Source: a virus (lineage: Duplodnaviria > Caudoviricetes). From it: DNA of 42,975 nt. A program made the translations under genes and the position numbers. The stretch spans positions 1 to 42,975 of IMG/VR virus record IMGVR_UViG_3300025725_000004, one strand, 5' to 3'. The notes under the pieces were generated by a model that made no database searches, was not told where the DNA came from, and saw only the letters and a list, made by a program, of their open reading frames with translations. This document shows positions 26,649-34,914 of the stretch, in pieces (the stretch's first letter is position 1; each line of letters opens with the position of its first letter).

Positions 26649-26855
26649 CTAGGCGCTGACGGTGATGCCGTGGTGAATGAGAGGGAGGTGCTCGACGCCG
26701 AATACGATCGGCGCGTAGCGGCCGTCATTCGCGACGGCAATACACCAGCGGACGTCGATGGATTTCAGATTGAAGCGGTCGAGTGCGATGCCCAATGCGC
26801 GAAGGGCATTGGCGACGGTGGCGTAGGTGCGGTCGGTGCGGATAATGTTCGGCAT
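26649..26855 (-). CDS. Small early protein
   Basis: Start MPNII behind CAGGAGAC. Confidence 0.6.
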   Translation of the reverse strand: MPNIIRTDRTYATVANALRALGIALDRFNLKSIDVRWCIAVANDGRYAPIVFGVEHLPLIHHGITVSA

Positions 26856-26933
26856 GGGCGGTCTCCTGTCGGGTTGGTGGTGGGTGTCAGATCCCGGAGG
26901 ACGACGACCCGTGTCGTCGCCTCCCAGCATCCG

Positions 26934-27368
26934 TTACACCGATTCGATTTCGTGGCCGATCATTTCGAGCCGCGACCCGTCGCTGCGGTGACAGGTGAAG
27001 CACACATAGCTGTCTTCGTCATCTTCTTCGTCGCAGAATTCGACTTTGTCCACGGTCACGACCGTGCCAATATCGCTCTGCTCGGGAAAGTTATCGCGAC
27101 CGTTGAATCCGTTCACGTCGATGTTGGTGATTTCGACCGTGCGAGGAATGCGGATGTCCGCACGCTTGAAGTAGAGGACGTCGATGCCGAGCGGGTTGCG
27201 TCGACCGTTGAAGTGGAACTCCACGACATGAGGCGTCTTCGCGGTGAACAGCGTCGTGAGCCGCTCGGCTGCAAACGGGACAAGGTTGAACAGCGTGCAC
27301 AGCGTGTCGAGCGGAGCCGTCAGCAGGCAGTGGATGCAGCCGGGATGTTCGAATACGTCAAAGGTCAT
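26934..27368 (-). CDS. Hypothetical acidic early protein
   Basis: 144-aa ORF behind CAGGAGACACACC; CIHC and CFTC. Confidence 0.6.
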   Translation of the reverse strand: MTFDVFEHPGCIHCLLTAPLDTLCTLFNLVPFAAERLTTLFTAKTPHVVEFHFNGRRNPLGIDVLYFKRADIRIPRTVEITNIDVNGFNGRDNFPEQSDIGTVVTVDKVEFCDEEDDEDSYVCFTCHRSDGSRLEMIGHEIESV

Positions 27369-27397
27369 GGTGTGTCTCCTGCGTTGCGGGTTGCGGG

Positions 27398-27580
27398 TTA
27401 CAGCTTTTCGACGGTGATGGTGATGGCGTAGATGTCGGTCGTGAACTTCGCCCGAGCCAGCGTGATCGCCTTGGCAATCGCGCTGCGCAGCGACGTGGTG
27501 TCGAATTCACGCTCTTCGTAGTCTTCGATATCGCCCGTGTCGTTGCGTCCCAGACGGCCGACGGTGACTTTTGTTTTCAT
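27398..27580 (-). CDS. Small early protein
   Basis: Start MKTKV behind CAGGAGAC. Confidence 0.6.
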   Translation of the reverse strand: MKTKVTVGRLGRNDTGDIEDYEEREFDTTSLRSAIAKAITLARAKFTTDIYAITITVEKL

Positions 27581-28006
27581 AGCCTGTCTCCTGGGGTTGG
27601 TGTCCGGACTTGAGAACCGGACCGTGGGTTTCGAATCGAACGACTGAACCAACGGACGTTCGATTCCTCTCACCCTTGAAAGTGATAGGCGCACCACTGG
27701 CCGCAGCAACTGCGGTTTCCCATTGCCATGCTCGGCCGTTCTACGGCTTGCGGGACTTTCGGTCCACCGAGACGTTAGCGGGTTGTGGGCGACGTGGACG
27801 GTTGACACCGGTGGTTCCCGGTGCGTGCGGTGTGAGGCCGCACTCCGGCCGCTTCGTTGCGGCCGTCTGTTCGATCGCGCCACCGGTTCTCCGCTCGGGG
27901 CTGTCCCTGCGTCGTGCCTCGTCGCCTGTTGCCACCGGTTCGCCTCCGTCCGGCTGCTGTGCGACTGGGGAAGGTTCCCTTTGCCTGTTCCCGGTGCCGT
28001 GTCTGC

Positions 28007-28019
28007 TTTTCAAAGAACT
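28007..28019 (-). promoter_or_regulatory. boxA-like antitermination element
   Basis: AGTTCTTTGAAAA on the minus strand, 7 nt downstream of a -10-like CATACT, at the head of the long leftward operon. Confidence 0.5.
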
Positions 28020-28254
28020 GAGGGTAAGTATGCGCCCGTCCGTGCCAATTGAAGCCACCTATTTTGAGGAGTTACAAATACTTTGTAAGTCCTGAGTTCG
28101 CTAAGGAATGCAGACAACTGGAGGGAAGATATGGTGGCAGAACCGGTAGATTTCGACACGCGGGAGAAAGAAAGAGATCTGGGGAACCGCCAGAACGGCT
28201 CAGGCGGCTACCGGGTGCGGACGCGTCTCGGCCCGCGAGAGCGTGCACAGCTTC

Positions 28255-28539
28255 TCACGCGTGTCGTCTCCGTTCGTCTAGGCGTTCCACGACGGTCACG
28301 GCGTCACGGAGATCCTGCAGCGACCATTCTTGGGACTGAACAGCAACGAGCATCCAGTGCACCACCGAGTGAAAGATCGGGTCATTCTGATATCGCCGTT
28401 CCACGTCGGTGAGCGGCTCCCCTTTGAGCTGATGCACGGGTGCGTCTTCCCGTTGTCGGCACTGGTCATGGCCCATGAACTGCAGACAGACGCCGTACCG
28501 ATTCGGCGTGAACACGTGGGAGTATCGCGGGTCACTCAT
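28255..28539 (-). CDS. Hypothetical protein
   Basis: 94-aa ORF with CAGGAGAC leader; ATGA coupling. Confidence 0.55.
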   Translation of the reverse strand: MSDPRYSHVFTPNRYGVCLQFMGHDQCRQREDAPVHQLKGEPLTDVERRYQNDPIFHSVVHWMLVAVQSQEWSLQDLRDAVTVVERLDERRRHA

Positions 28540-29252
28540 CGGGCGGTCTCCTGGATCACGCGCACCGGGTCTGTTGGGCGCGTGGCTTCGGAATCATCCG
28601 GCACATACTGTTCCAGCGGCACAATTTCCCACCAGGCAAACCGCTGGAAGAAGAGATCGAAGCGTCGGAGCGTGACGTACGTCTGCGTGCGCAGCCAGGC
28701 CAGCACGTCCAGATGGGAGCGATCCAGTTGCACCAGGCGATAAGGCAAGGGGTTGGATGCCCGGTGCAAGTCGGCTCGGGCGCACACGTACACGCCCCAC
28801 TGTTGCCGGAGACCGGCCTGTTGGCGCATCCGGTTGTAGGCCCGGCGAGACGAAATCAGCTGCTCCATATTCCAGCAGCCGTCCAGTTCAGGAAAGTCGG
28901 CTCGATGCCGCAGAATCCACCGTTCCAAGTAGTGGTCGATGCGCATGCGTGGCCGACCCGACTCACACCGGTTCTCGGGACCAATACGCAGACTGGTCGG
29001 CGACAGTCGGGCCAGGTCGGGTTGGTACACGTGGCGGGCATTTGCCCCAGGGTCGTGCGCGGTCTCCCACTCCCGTCTCGCACGCATACTCTCGGAGCGG
29101 GCCTGACGCTCGTCTTGGGCCATGGAGATCCACCGGGCCAAAGCCGCGAGGCGTTGCCGGGTGCGCGTGGCGGGCGTGTGCGTGCGTCCGGACGCACGAG
29201 CGGCTAGCTTTGCGCGGTGCTCGGCCGTTTGACGATAACCTTTGACGGGCAC
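28536..29252 (-). CDS. NUMOD3-motif-containing protein
   Basis: N-terminal KGYRQTAEHRAKLA...GRTHTPATR resembles NUMOD3 DNA-binding repeats; no nuclease motif recognised. Confidence 0.5.
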   Translation of the reverse strand: MPVKGYRQTAEHRAKLAARASGRTHTPATRTRQRLAALARWISMAQDERQARSESMRARREWETAHDPGANARHVYQPDLARLSPTSLRIGPENRCESGRPRMRIDHYLERWILRHRADFPELDGCWNMEQLISSRRAYNRMRQQAGLRQQWGVYVCARADLHRASNPLPYRLVQLDRSHLDVLAWLRTQTYVTLRRFDLFFQRFAWWEIVPLEQYVPDDSEATRPTDPVRVIQETAR

Positions 29253-29255
29253 GAG

Positions 29256-29477
29256 TCAGTACCGGCGTTCCGTACCGCACACGGCACAACGAAAATAGTC
29301 TGCGTAGCGCTGGGTGTGTGGGGTGTGGACCAAGAGACGGCATTGGTCCACAAGGTCCGGGAGCACGTGTCGCTGGTTGTTGGAGTTGAGTCTGTCGCGC
29401 ATGCGGGCAATGGCCGCGTCCAGGGCGGGCAGTTGCGGGTTACAGGGTCCTTCGCAGATGAGGGTGTAGGTGTGCAT
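29256..29477 (-). CDS. Small Cys-containing protein
   Basis: MHTYTLICEGPC...FRCAVCGTERRY; GAGGA RBS. Confidence 0.5.
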   Translation of the reverse strand: MHTYTLICEGPCNPQLPALDAAIARMRDRLNSNNQRHVLPDLVDQCRLLVHTPHTQRYADYFRCAVCGTERRY

Positions 29478-29787
29478 GGGATCCTCGCGGTCGGAGTAAA
29501 GGTTCACGGCCCCATGACGCAGCAACGACATGGGACCGTGAACGCGTTCGATGGAGACGAGTGGATGGGGTCAGCCGCGTTTCCGGGTGCGGCACATATT
29601 CGCACCTCCTGTGGGACGTGTTTGCCCAGCCAGCAGCGCTCAGTATGCGACCGTTCGAGGTCCGCGCACGAGAATGTTTAGACTATTTACAGGACGGATG
29701 GCATGAGGGAGTTTAGTGGTTACATGAATCGTCGGACCATATTCGGGCGTTCGAAGCAGTAGGCGTGAAAATACTGCGAGAACTCCG

Positions 29788-29924
29788 CGTCATCCCTTTA
29801 GTAACCCCTACATGCCCCGCTCTGTCTGTCGTCTTTGAGTTCTTTCTTAAATATTAAAAACAAATTAGGTGAGGGTTTAAGGAGGGTGAGAAAGGCCCTA
29901 CTAGGGGTTACTAAAGGGATGACG
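29788..29924. repeat. Perfect 23-bp inverted repeat around an AT-rich core at the strand switch
   Basis: CGTCATCCCTTTAGTAACCCCTA (29788-29810) and its exact reverse complement (29902-29924); the 91-nt spacer contains TTTCTTAAATATTAAAAACAAATT. Confidence 0.9.
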
Positions 29925-30136
29925 GGAAATTATCAGGGTTTGTGGCCTGAACAATGGCTTTTTCGTGATATATGGTCCTACGATTCATGTAATTGGTAAA
30001 CCGAGGTTTCTGGCCAGTGGCAGAAGACGTGGGTTCACTCATGGTCAGTAAACTGCCGTTCGAGGTTACGAAAGGATACGCGCATACTCTCGGCCGTCAC
30101 GAACTTCCCGCTATTGTGCCAGGGAGATACCAGAGT

Positions 30137-30487
30137 ATGTTTCAGAAAGGAAACCCGTGGGGTGGACAGGGACGCCCGAAGGGTAGCCTCAATCGCCAGA
30201 CACTAGAGCAGCGCTCTTTTGCGGAGCACGTCTGCTATGGCCAGAACGGCAGAGAGAAACGGCACTTCGAAGAGCACATCCGCACGCTGATGCTGGCCAA
30301 CAGCCTACCCATGGGTGTGTTCCAGTTGCTCCTGTTCTACTTGCTGGGCAAGCCGGTGGAACGTGTCCACTTGCAAACCGATACCGTGGACTATAGTACC
30401 TACTCCCCAGAAGAACTCGCAGAGAAAGCCCGCACGTTGACGCTCGCAGCCCAGGCGCTCTCGAAGCGCCGAGCAAAAACAACGTGA
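30137..30487 (+). CDS. terS: Terminase small subunit (probable)
   Basis: MFQKGNPWGGQGRPKGSLN N-terminus typical of TerS/DUF5681; directly upstream of terL; GGGAG RBS. Confidence 0.7.
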   Translation: MFQKGNPWGGQGRPKGSLNRQTLEQRSFAEHVCYGQNGREKRHFEEHIRTLMLANSLPMGVFQLLLFYLLGKPVERVHLQTDTVDYSTYSPEELAEKARTLTLAAQALSKRRAKTT

Positions 30488-32064
30488 CCGTCTGTCGCCT
30501 CACTGCTCGCACGGCACGCGTGCCCCTGGCGATACGCCTCCTGCCACGTGTTTCGGCACCTGAGCCCGAACCGCCTCCTTTCGATCCGTCTCAAGACCCG
30601 GAACTGCTCGGCCGTGAATTGCAGGCCGTGGAAGCCGTGCTGTGTCAGCGGTCGTTGCGCGTCTTCTTGGAACAGGTCTGGCCCATTGTCGAACCGGTTA
30701 AGACCTTCGTGCCGAACTGGCACATTGATGCGTTGTGCGAGGTGCTCGAACGCGTGACCCGCGGGGAGATCAAGCGGGTCCTGGTAAACGTTCCGCCCGG
30801 CACGATGAAGTCGTTGCTGATCTCCGTCATCTGGCCCGCGTGGGAATGGGTATCCTTTCCAGAGTTGCGCTACCTGACCGCGTCGTACTCCGGGCATCTG
30901 ACGGTGCGTGACAACCTCAAGGTGCGCTCCATCTTGCAGAGTGAGTGGTATGCGTCGTCGTATGGGCTGTCGTTGGTTGACGACCAGAATCAAAAGACCC
31001 TGTTTAAGAACGAAGATGGGGGCTGGCGCATTGCGAGCAGCGTGGGTGGGCCAGGTACGGGTGAGCATCCCGATCGCATCATCATTGACGATCCACTGAC
31101 GGCAGAGCAGGCACGCAGTGCTGTGGAACGGGAGACGGCGAATGCGTGGTTCGACAACACCATCTCCACACGAGGCGTGACGCGAGATACGGCCATCATC
31201 GTGGTCGGCCAGCGGTTGCACGAGGACGATCTCAGCGGACATCTGCTGGCACGAGGCGGGTGGTTCCACATCTGCTGGCCCATGCGCTATGAGACGCGGC
31301 ACGTGAACGATTTGTCGTGGCGTCCGGATCCTCTGGACCTTCGCACGACGCCCGGAGAGTTGCTCTGGCCAGCCTTGTTTACCCCTGCGATTGTTCGACA
31401 ACTGGAACTGGACCTGGGACCGTACGGCACGGCTGGACAGTTGCAGCAAACACCCGCTCCAGAAGGTGGCGGACTGTTCAAACGTGAGTGGTTCAAGTTC
31501 TGTGACGTGGCCCCGGTCATGGCCCGGCGCGCACGAGGGTGGGATACGGCAGCCACAGAAGGCGGAGGGGACTATACCGCAGGCGTCAAGATTGCCGAAG
31601 CGTGTGGCCCCGTCACGGACCCGGACACACAGTCTACGGCGGTGCAGGGACTCGGCGTGTTTTACGTGGAAGACTGCGTGTGTGATCAACTGAGTCCTGC
31701 CGGCGTGGACGCCCTGGTGAAACAGACGACGATGGCGGACGGGAAGACCTGCGTGCAACGTGAAGAGAAAGAAGGCGGAGCGTCCGGGAAGATCGTGATC
31801 GCGGCACGGCTGAAACTGCTCAAGGGGTACGACTACAAGGGCGTGGAGATCAGTGGCGACAAAGTGACGCGGTCGAAACCCTATCGGGCACAGGTGGAGG
31901 GTGGCAACGTGTTCCTGGTACGTGGAGAGTGGAACGAAAAGTATCTGCGTGAGCTGTGCGACTTCCCGACCGGGAAGCATGACGACCAGGTGGACGCGTC
32001 CAGTGCAGCCTTCAACGCGGTGCTGCTGGAACCGCCTCCGCAAGAGGAGTACTTCTCATGGTAG
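30484..32064 (+). CDS. terL: Terminase large subunit
   Basis: Walker A NVPPGTMKS, Walker B IIIDDP, QRLHEDDL, nuclease GWDTA and HDDQVDA. Confidence 0.95.
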   Translation: MTVCRLTARTARVPLAIRLLPRVSAPEPEPPPFDPSQDPELLGRELQAVEAVLCQRSLRVFLEQVWPIVEPVKTFVPNWHIDALCEVLERVTRGEIKRVLVNVPPGTMKSLLISVIWPAWEWVSFPELRYLTASYSGHLTVRDNLKVRSILQSEWYASSYGLSLVDDQNQKTLFKNEDGGWRIASSVGGPGTGEHPDRIIIDDPLTAEQARSAVERETANAWFDNTISTRGVTRDTAIIVVGQRLHEDDLSGHLLARGGWFHICWPMRYETRHVNDLSWRPDPLDLRTTPGELLWPALFTPAIVRQLELDLGPYGTAGQLQQTPAPEGGGLFKREWFKFCDVAPVMARRARGWDTAATEGGGDYTAGVKIAEACGPVTDPDTQSTAVQGLGVFYVEDCVCDQLSPAGVDALVKQTTMADGKTCVQREEKEGGASGKIVIAARLKLLKGYDYKGVEISGDKVTRSKPYRAQVEGGNVFLVRGEWNEKYLRELCDFPTGKHDDQVDASSAAFNAVLLEPPPQEEYFSW

Positions 32065-33842
32065 AATCCGCTCAGGATCTGGCGTTGCGTTCCGCGGCCA
32101 GCGTGCTCATCGAACGGATGCAGTTCATGCGGCAAGCCGGCATCACGTTTGGCGGGAAGCGTGACCTGTACGACGTGCTCGGGTACGACCGCATCATCAC
32201 CAATAAGCAGTACCGTGATCGCTATGCGCGAGGCGGCATCACGAAGCGTATCGTGGAAGCGCTGCCGAAAGCGACGTGGCGCGGTGGGCCCGAGATCGTG
32301 GAGGACGAAGACCCCAAGACCAAGACGGCCTTCGAAGAGGCGTTCGCTTCGATCTCGACGCGACTCAAGGTCTGGTCGGTCTTGCTGCGAGCGGACATTC
32401 TCGCCGGGCTGTCGAACTACAGTGTCATCTTGATTGGTGGGCCGGAGTCCTATGACCTGGAATTGCCGAAGGGTCATGGCGACCCGAAAGACATCTTGTT
32501 CCTGACGCCGTTTACGGGCGGGGGTGGACCGGGTCTGCAACAGGGACAGACGAGCGGAGCGAACTACGTCGATGCGACGATCCAGTCGTTCGAGACGGAT
32601 ACGGCCTCTCCACGATTCGGGTTGCCCACTTCCTATTCGTTGCGACGGCTCGACGTGACGTCGCCCGAAATGCAGAAGCCCGTGCACTGGTCCCGCGTGC
32701 TCCACATTGCCGAAGGGTGCTTGGACAACGAGGTCTACGGCATTCCGACATTGGAGAACGTGTGGAACCTACTGGACGACTTGGACAAGGTCACGGGTGG
32801 TGGGGCCGAAGCGTTCTGGCTGCGTGCGAATCAAGGCCTGCACATGATGGTGGACAAGGACGCAGCACTCTCGGTTGAGGAGAAAGCGGCGCTCACGTCA
32901 CAAGCCGAAGAATACCAGCATCAGATGCGGCGTATCTTGCAGACACGCAAGGTGGACATCCAGGCGTTGGGCAGCGACACCGCGAACTTTACGGGTCCAG
33001 CGGACGCGATCCTCACCCAGATTGCGGGCAGCAAGGGCATTCCGAAGCGCATCCTCACGGGCAGTGAGATGGGGGAACTTGCGTCGTCACAGGATCGCGA
33101 CAACTGGAAGGACCAGGTTAACGGACGGCAGACAGGCTACGCCGAACAGTACATGATTCGTCCGCTGGTCGATCGCCTGATCGCGTACAACTACCTTCCC
33201 GCACCCACGACCGCCTATCAAGTGAAGTGGGGTCACATTGAGACCCTGACCGAGCAAGAGAAGGCGGACGGGGCGACGAAGTGGGCCAACACGAATAAGA
33301 CGCAGGGCACGGACGTGTTCACGAATGACGAAATCCGTGACAAGTGGTACGGCATGGAGCCGCTGACGCCCGAACAGAAGCAGGCCGCGGCCGATGCGAA
33401 GCCGAAGCCTCCTACGCCGTTTTCGTCGTTCGGACTGCCGGGTCAAACCGTGGACGAGAACGGCGATCCGATCGTGCCGAAGAAAAAGGTGCTGCCGTTC
33501 CCGAAAGCCGCGGAAGGCGCACCGCAGGATCTGTTCCGCATTCTCGAACAGGCCATCGTGGAGAACGACACGGACACGATCGATCGCATCATCGGCATAC
33601 GGCATGCAGGTGGACCGGGGAGTGGAAACTTTGGTCACGCGGGCGTGCCTGGCGAAGTGGGTGGGAGTGCACCGGGCAGTGGAGAGAATCCTCACAAGGT
33701 TGGTGCGCAGGTCAAGAACATCTACGGACAGATCGGTCGTGTCGTCAGCACACACGTGGATCGTCAACACATCGACGTGCAATTCCCGCACGAAGCGCAC
33801 GTATCTACCGTCCATCATACGTGGGTGAAGGCCGTTGCTTAA
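32058..33842 (+). CDS. Portal protein (DUF1073 family) with C-terminal tagged extension
   Basis: Position after terL; VHWSRVLH, GIPKRILTG, GELASSQD; C-terminal GGPGSGNFGH tag plus ~55-aa SH3-like module. Confidence 0.85.
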   Translation: MVESAQDLALRSAASVLIERMQFMRQAGITFGGKRDLYDVLGYDRIITNKQYRDRYARGGITKRIVEALPKATWRGGPEIVEDEDPKTKTAFEEAFASISTRLKVWSVLLRADILAGLSNYSVILIGGPESYDLELPKGHGDPKDILFLTPFTGGGGPGLQQGQTSGANYVDATIQSFETDTASPRFGLPTSYSLRRLDVTSPEMQKPVHWSRVLHIAEGCLDNEVYGIPTLENVWNLLDDLDKVTGGGAEAFWLRANQGLHMMVDKDAALSVEEKAALTSQAEEYQHQMRRILQTRKVDIQALGSDTANFTGPADAILTQIAGSKGIPKRILTGSEMGELASSQDRDNWKDQVNGRQTGYAEQYMIRPLVDRLIAYNYLPAPTTAYQVKWGHIETLTEQEKADGATKWANTNKTQGTDVFTNDEIRDKWYGMEPLTPEQKQAAADAKPKPPTPFSSFGLPGQTVDENGDPIVPKKKVLPFPKAAEGAPQDLFRILEQAIVENDTDTIDRIIGIRHAGGPGSGNFGHAGVPGEVGGSAPGSGENPHKVGAQVKNIYGQIGRVVSTHVDRQHIDVQFPHEAHVSTVHHTWVKAVA

Positions 33843-34914
33843 CACTTTCCTCGCTCCTCCGGTTGCCGCTCGCCTGTTGTGGATGGCGTTTGTGCGTGTG
33901 GCTGGAGGAGCGGGGAGCGGGAACTTCGGGCATGAGGGACGACCCGGAGAGGTGGGTGGGAGCGGCGAAGGCGGCGATGTGCAGGGTAAGTGGACGAAGA
34001 GTGGTGGGGTGCTGTATCACGGAACGCAAGCAACGGTGCTCAATCGCGTCTTTACCGATGGCGTGAAGCCGGGTCCAGGAACGTACGAGCCGAATGCGCG
34101 CAATGTCGGTAAGACCTGGGCCACGAGCAGCTTCAACGAAGCGAAAGGGTACGCAGAACGCGCAGGCAAGAATCCCGTCATCCTTGAAATTCACGTGCCG
34201 AAAGAGGCGCTCGGGAAGTTCCGCGAGGAGTGGACCTCCGAAGGCCGGGCTGTGGGCGTCACGAAGGAAACGACGCGGAGTTTGCGCGGGACAATTCCTT
34301 CGTCCTGGATCAAGCAGGCGTTTTCGTCGACAGGGAAGACGATTCGCACGGCCCGTGTGTCGACCGCGTCGACGTACTTCCTGGTGATTGCGATCGTGGA
34401 ACCCCGGCCGAGAACCGCAGGCGGAGCGGGATCAGGCAACTTTGGACATGAAGGACGTCCGGGAGAGGTCGGCGGTTCAGGTGAGGGTGGCGGTGCGACG
34501 ACAGGCACACCCGCCTCACGGACCTCGCGCGCGTTGGCGACATACAAGCCATCGACGCAAGCGAGGCAAGCGATCGCGAGTGCATCCGAACAGGACATCA
34601 CGCAAGCCATCGGCGGTGTGCGGACGGATGACAACGATCCCTTCGATACGACCGTGCGTGATGGCGGACACTTTCACGGCGTGGAGGTCAAGACGCTGAT
34701 CGACAACACGAACGACAAGATCACGATGCATCCCGAGTCGCGTGACCGGAAGGTGGCGTGGGGACGAAGCAATCATGCGGCGACGCATACCATCGTCAAA
34801 GACGTGAGGTCAGGGCAAGCCCGGTATTACTATCGACGTGGCGTAGGGTCGTTCCGGATTTCGTCCATGCGTGAAGTGGCGCGAGGGGATCTTGCGGGAT
34901 TGGTGCGCAGATGA
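33835..34914 (+). CDS. Putative head-packaged effector polyprotein: ADP-ribosyltransferase-like domain plus PD-(D/E)xK nuclease-like domain
   Basis: Two GGAGSGNFGHEGRPGEVGGS tags; LYHGT...TWATSS...AKGYA...VILEI...IPSSWI; E...PFD...GVEVKT. Confidence 0.65.
   Translation: MLNTFLAPPVAARLLWMAFVRVAGGAGSGNFGHEGRPGEVGGSGEGGDVQGKWTKSGGVLYHGTQATVLNRVFTDGVKPGPGTYEPNARNVGKTWATSSFNEAKGYAERAGKNPVILEIHVPKEALGKFREEWTSEGRAVGVTKETTRSLRGTIPSSWIKQAFSSTGKTIRTARVSTASTYFLVIAIVEPRPRTAGGAGSGNFGHEGRPGEVGGSGEGGGATTGTPASRTSRALATYKPSTQARQAIASASEQDITQAIGGVRTDDNDPFDTTVRDGGHFHGVEVKTLIDNTNDKITMHPESRDRKVAWGRSNHAATHTIVKDVRSGQARYYYRRGVGSFRISSMREVARGDLAGLVRR

Noticed and set aside
28030-28050. Sigma-54 promoter (TTGGCACG on the minus strand)
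   Set aside because: The -12 GC is not at the required GG-N10-GC spacing and TTGC is absent.
32058-33842. Anti-CBASS Acb1 activity in the DUF1073 protein
   Set aside because: No 2H-phosphoesterase domain with paired HxT motifs recognised; position and motifs indicate a portal.
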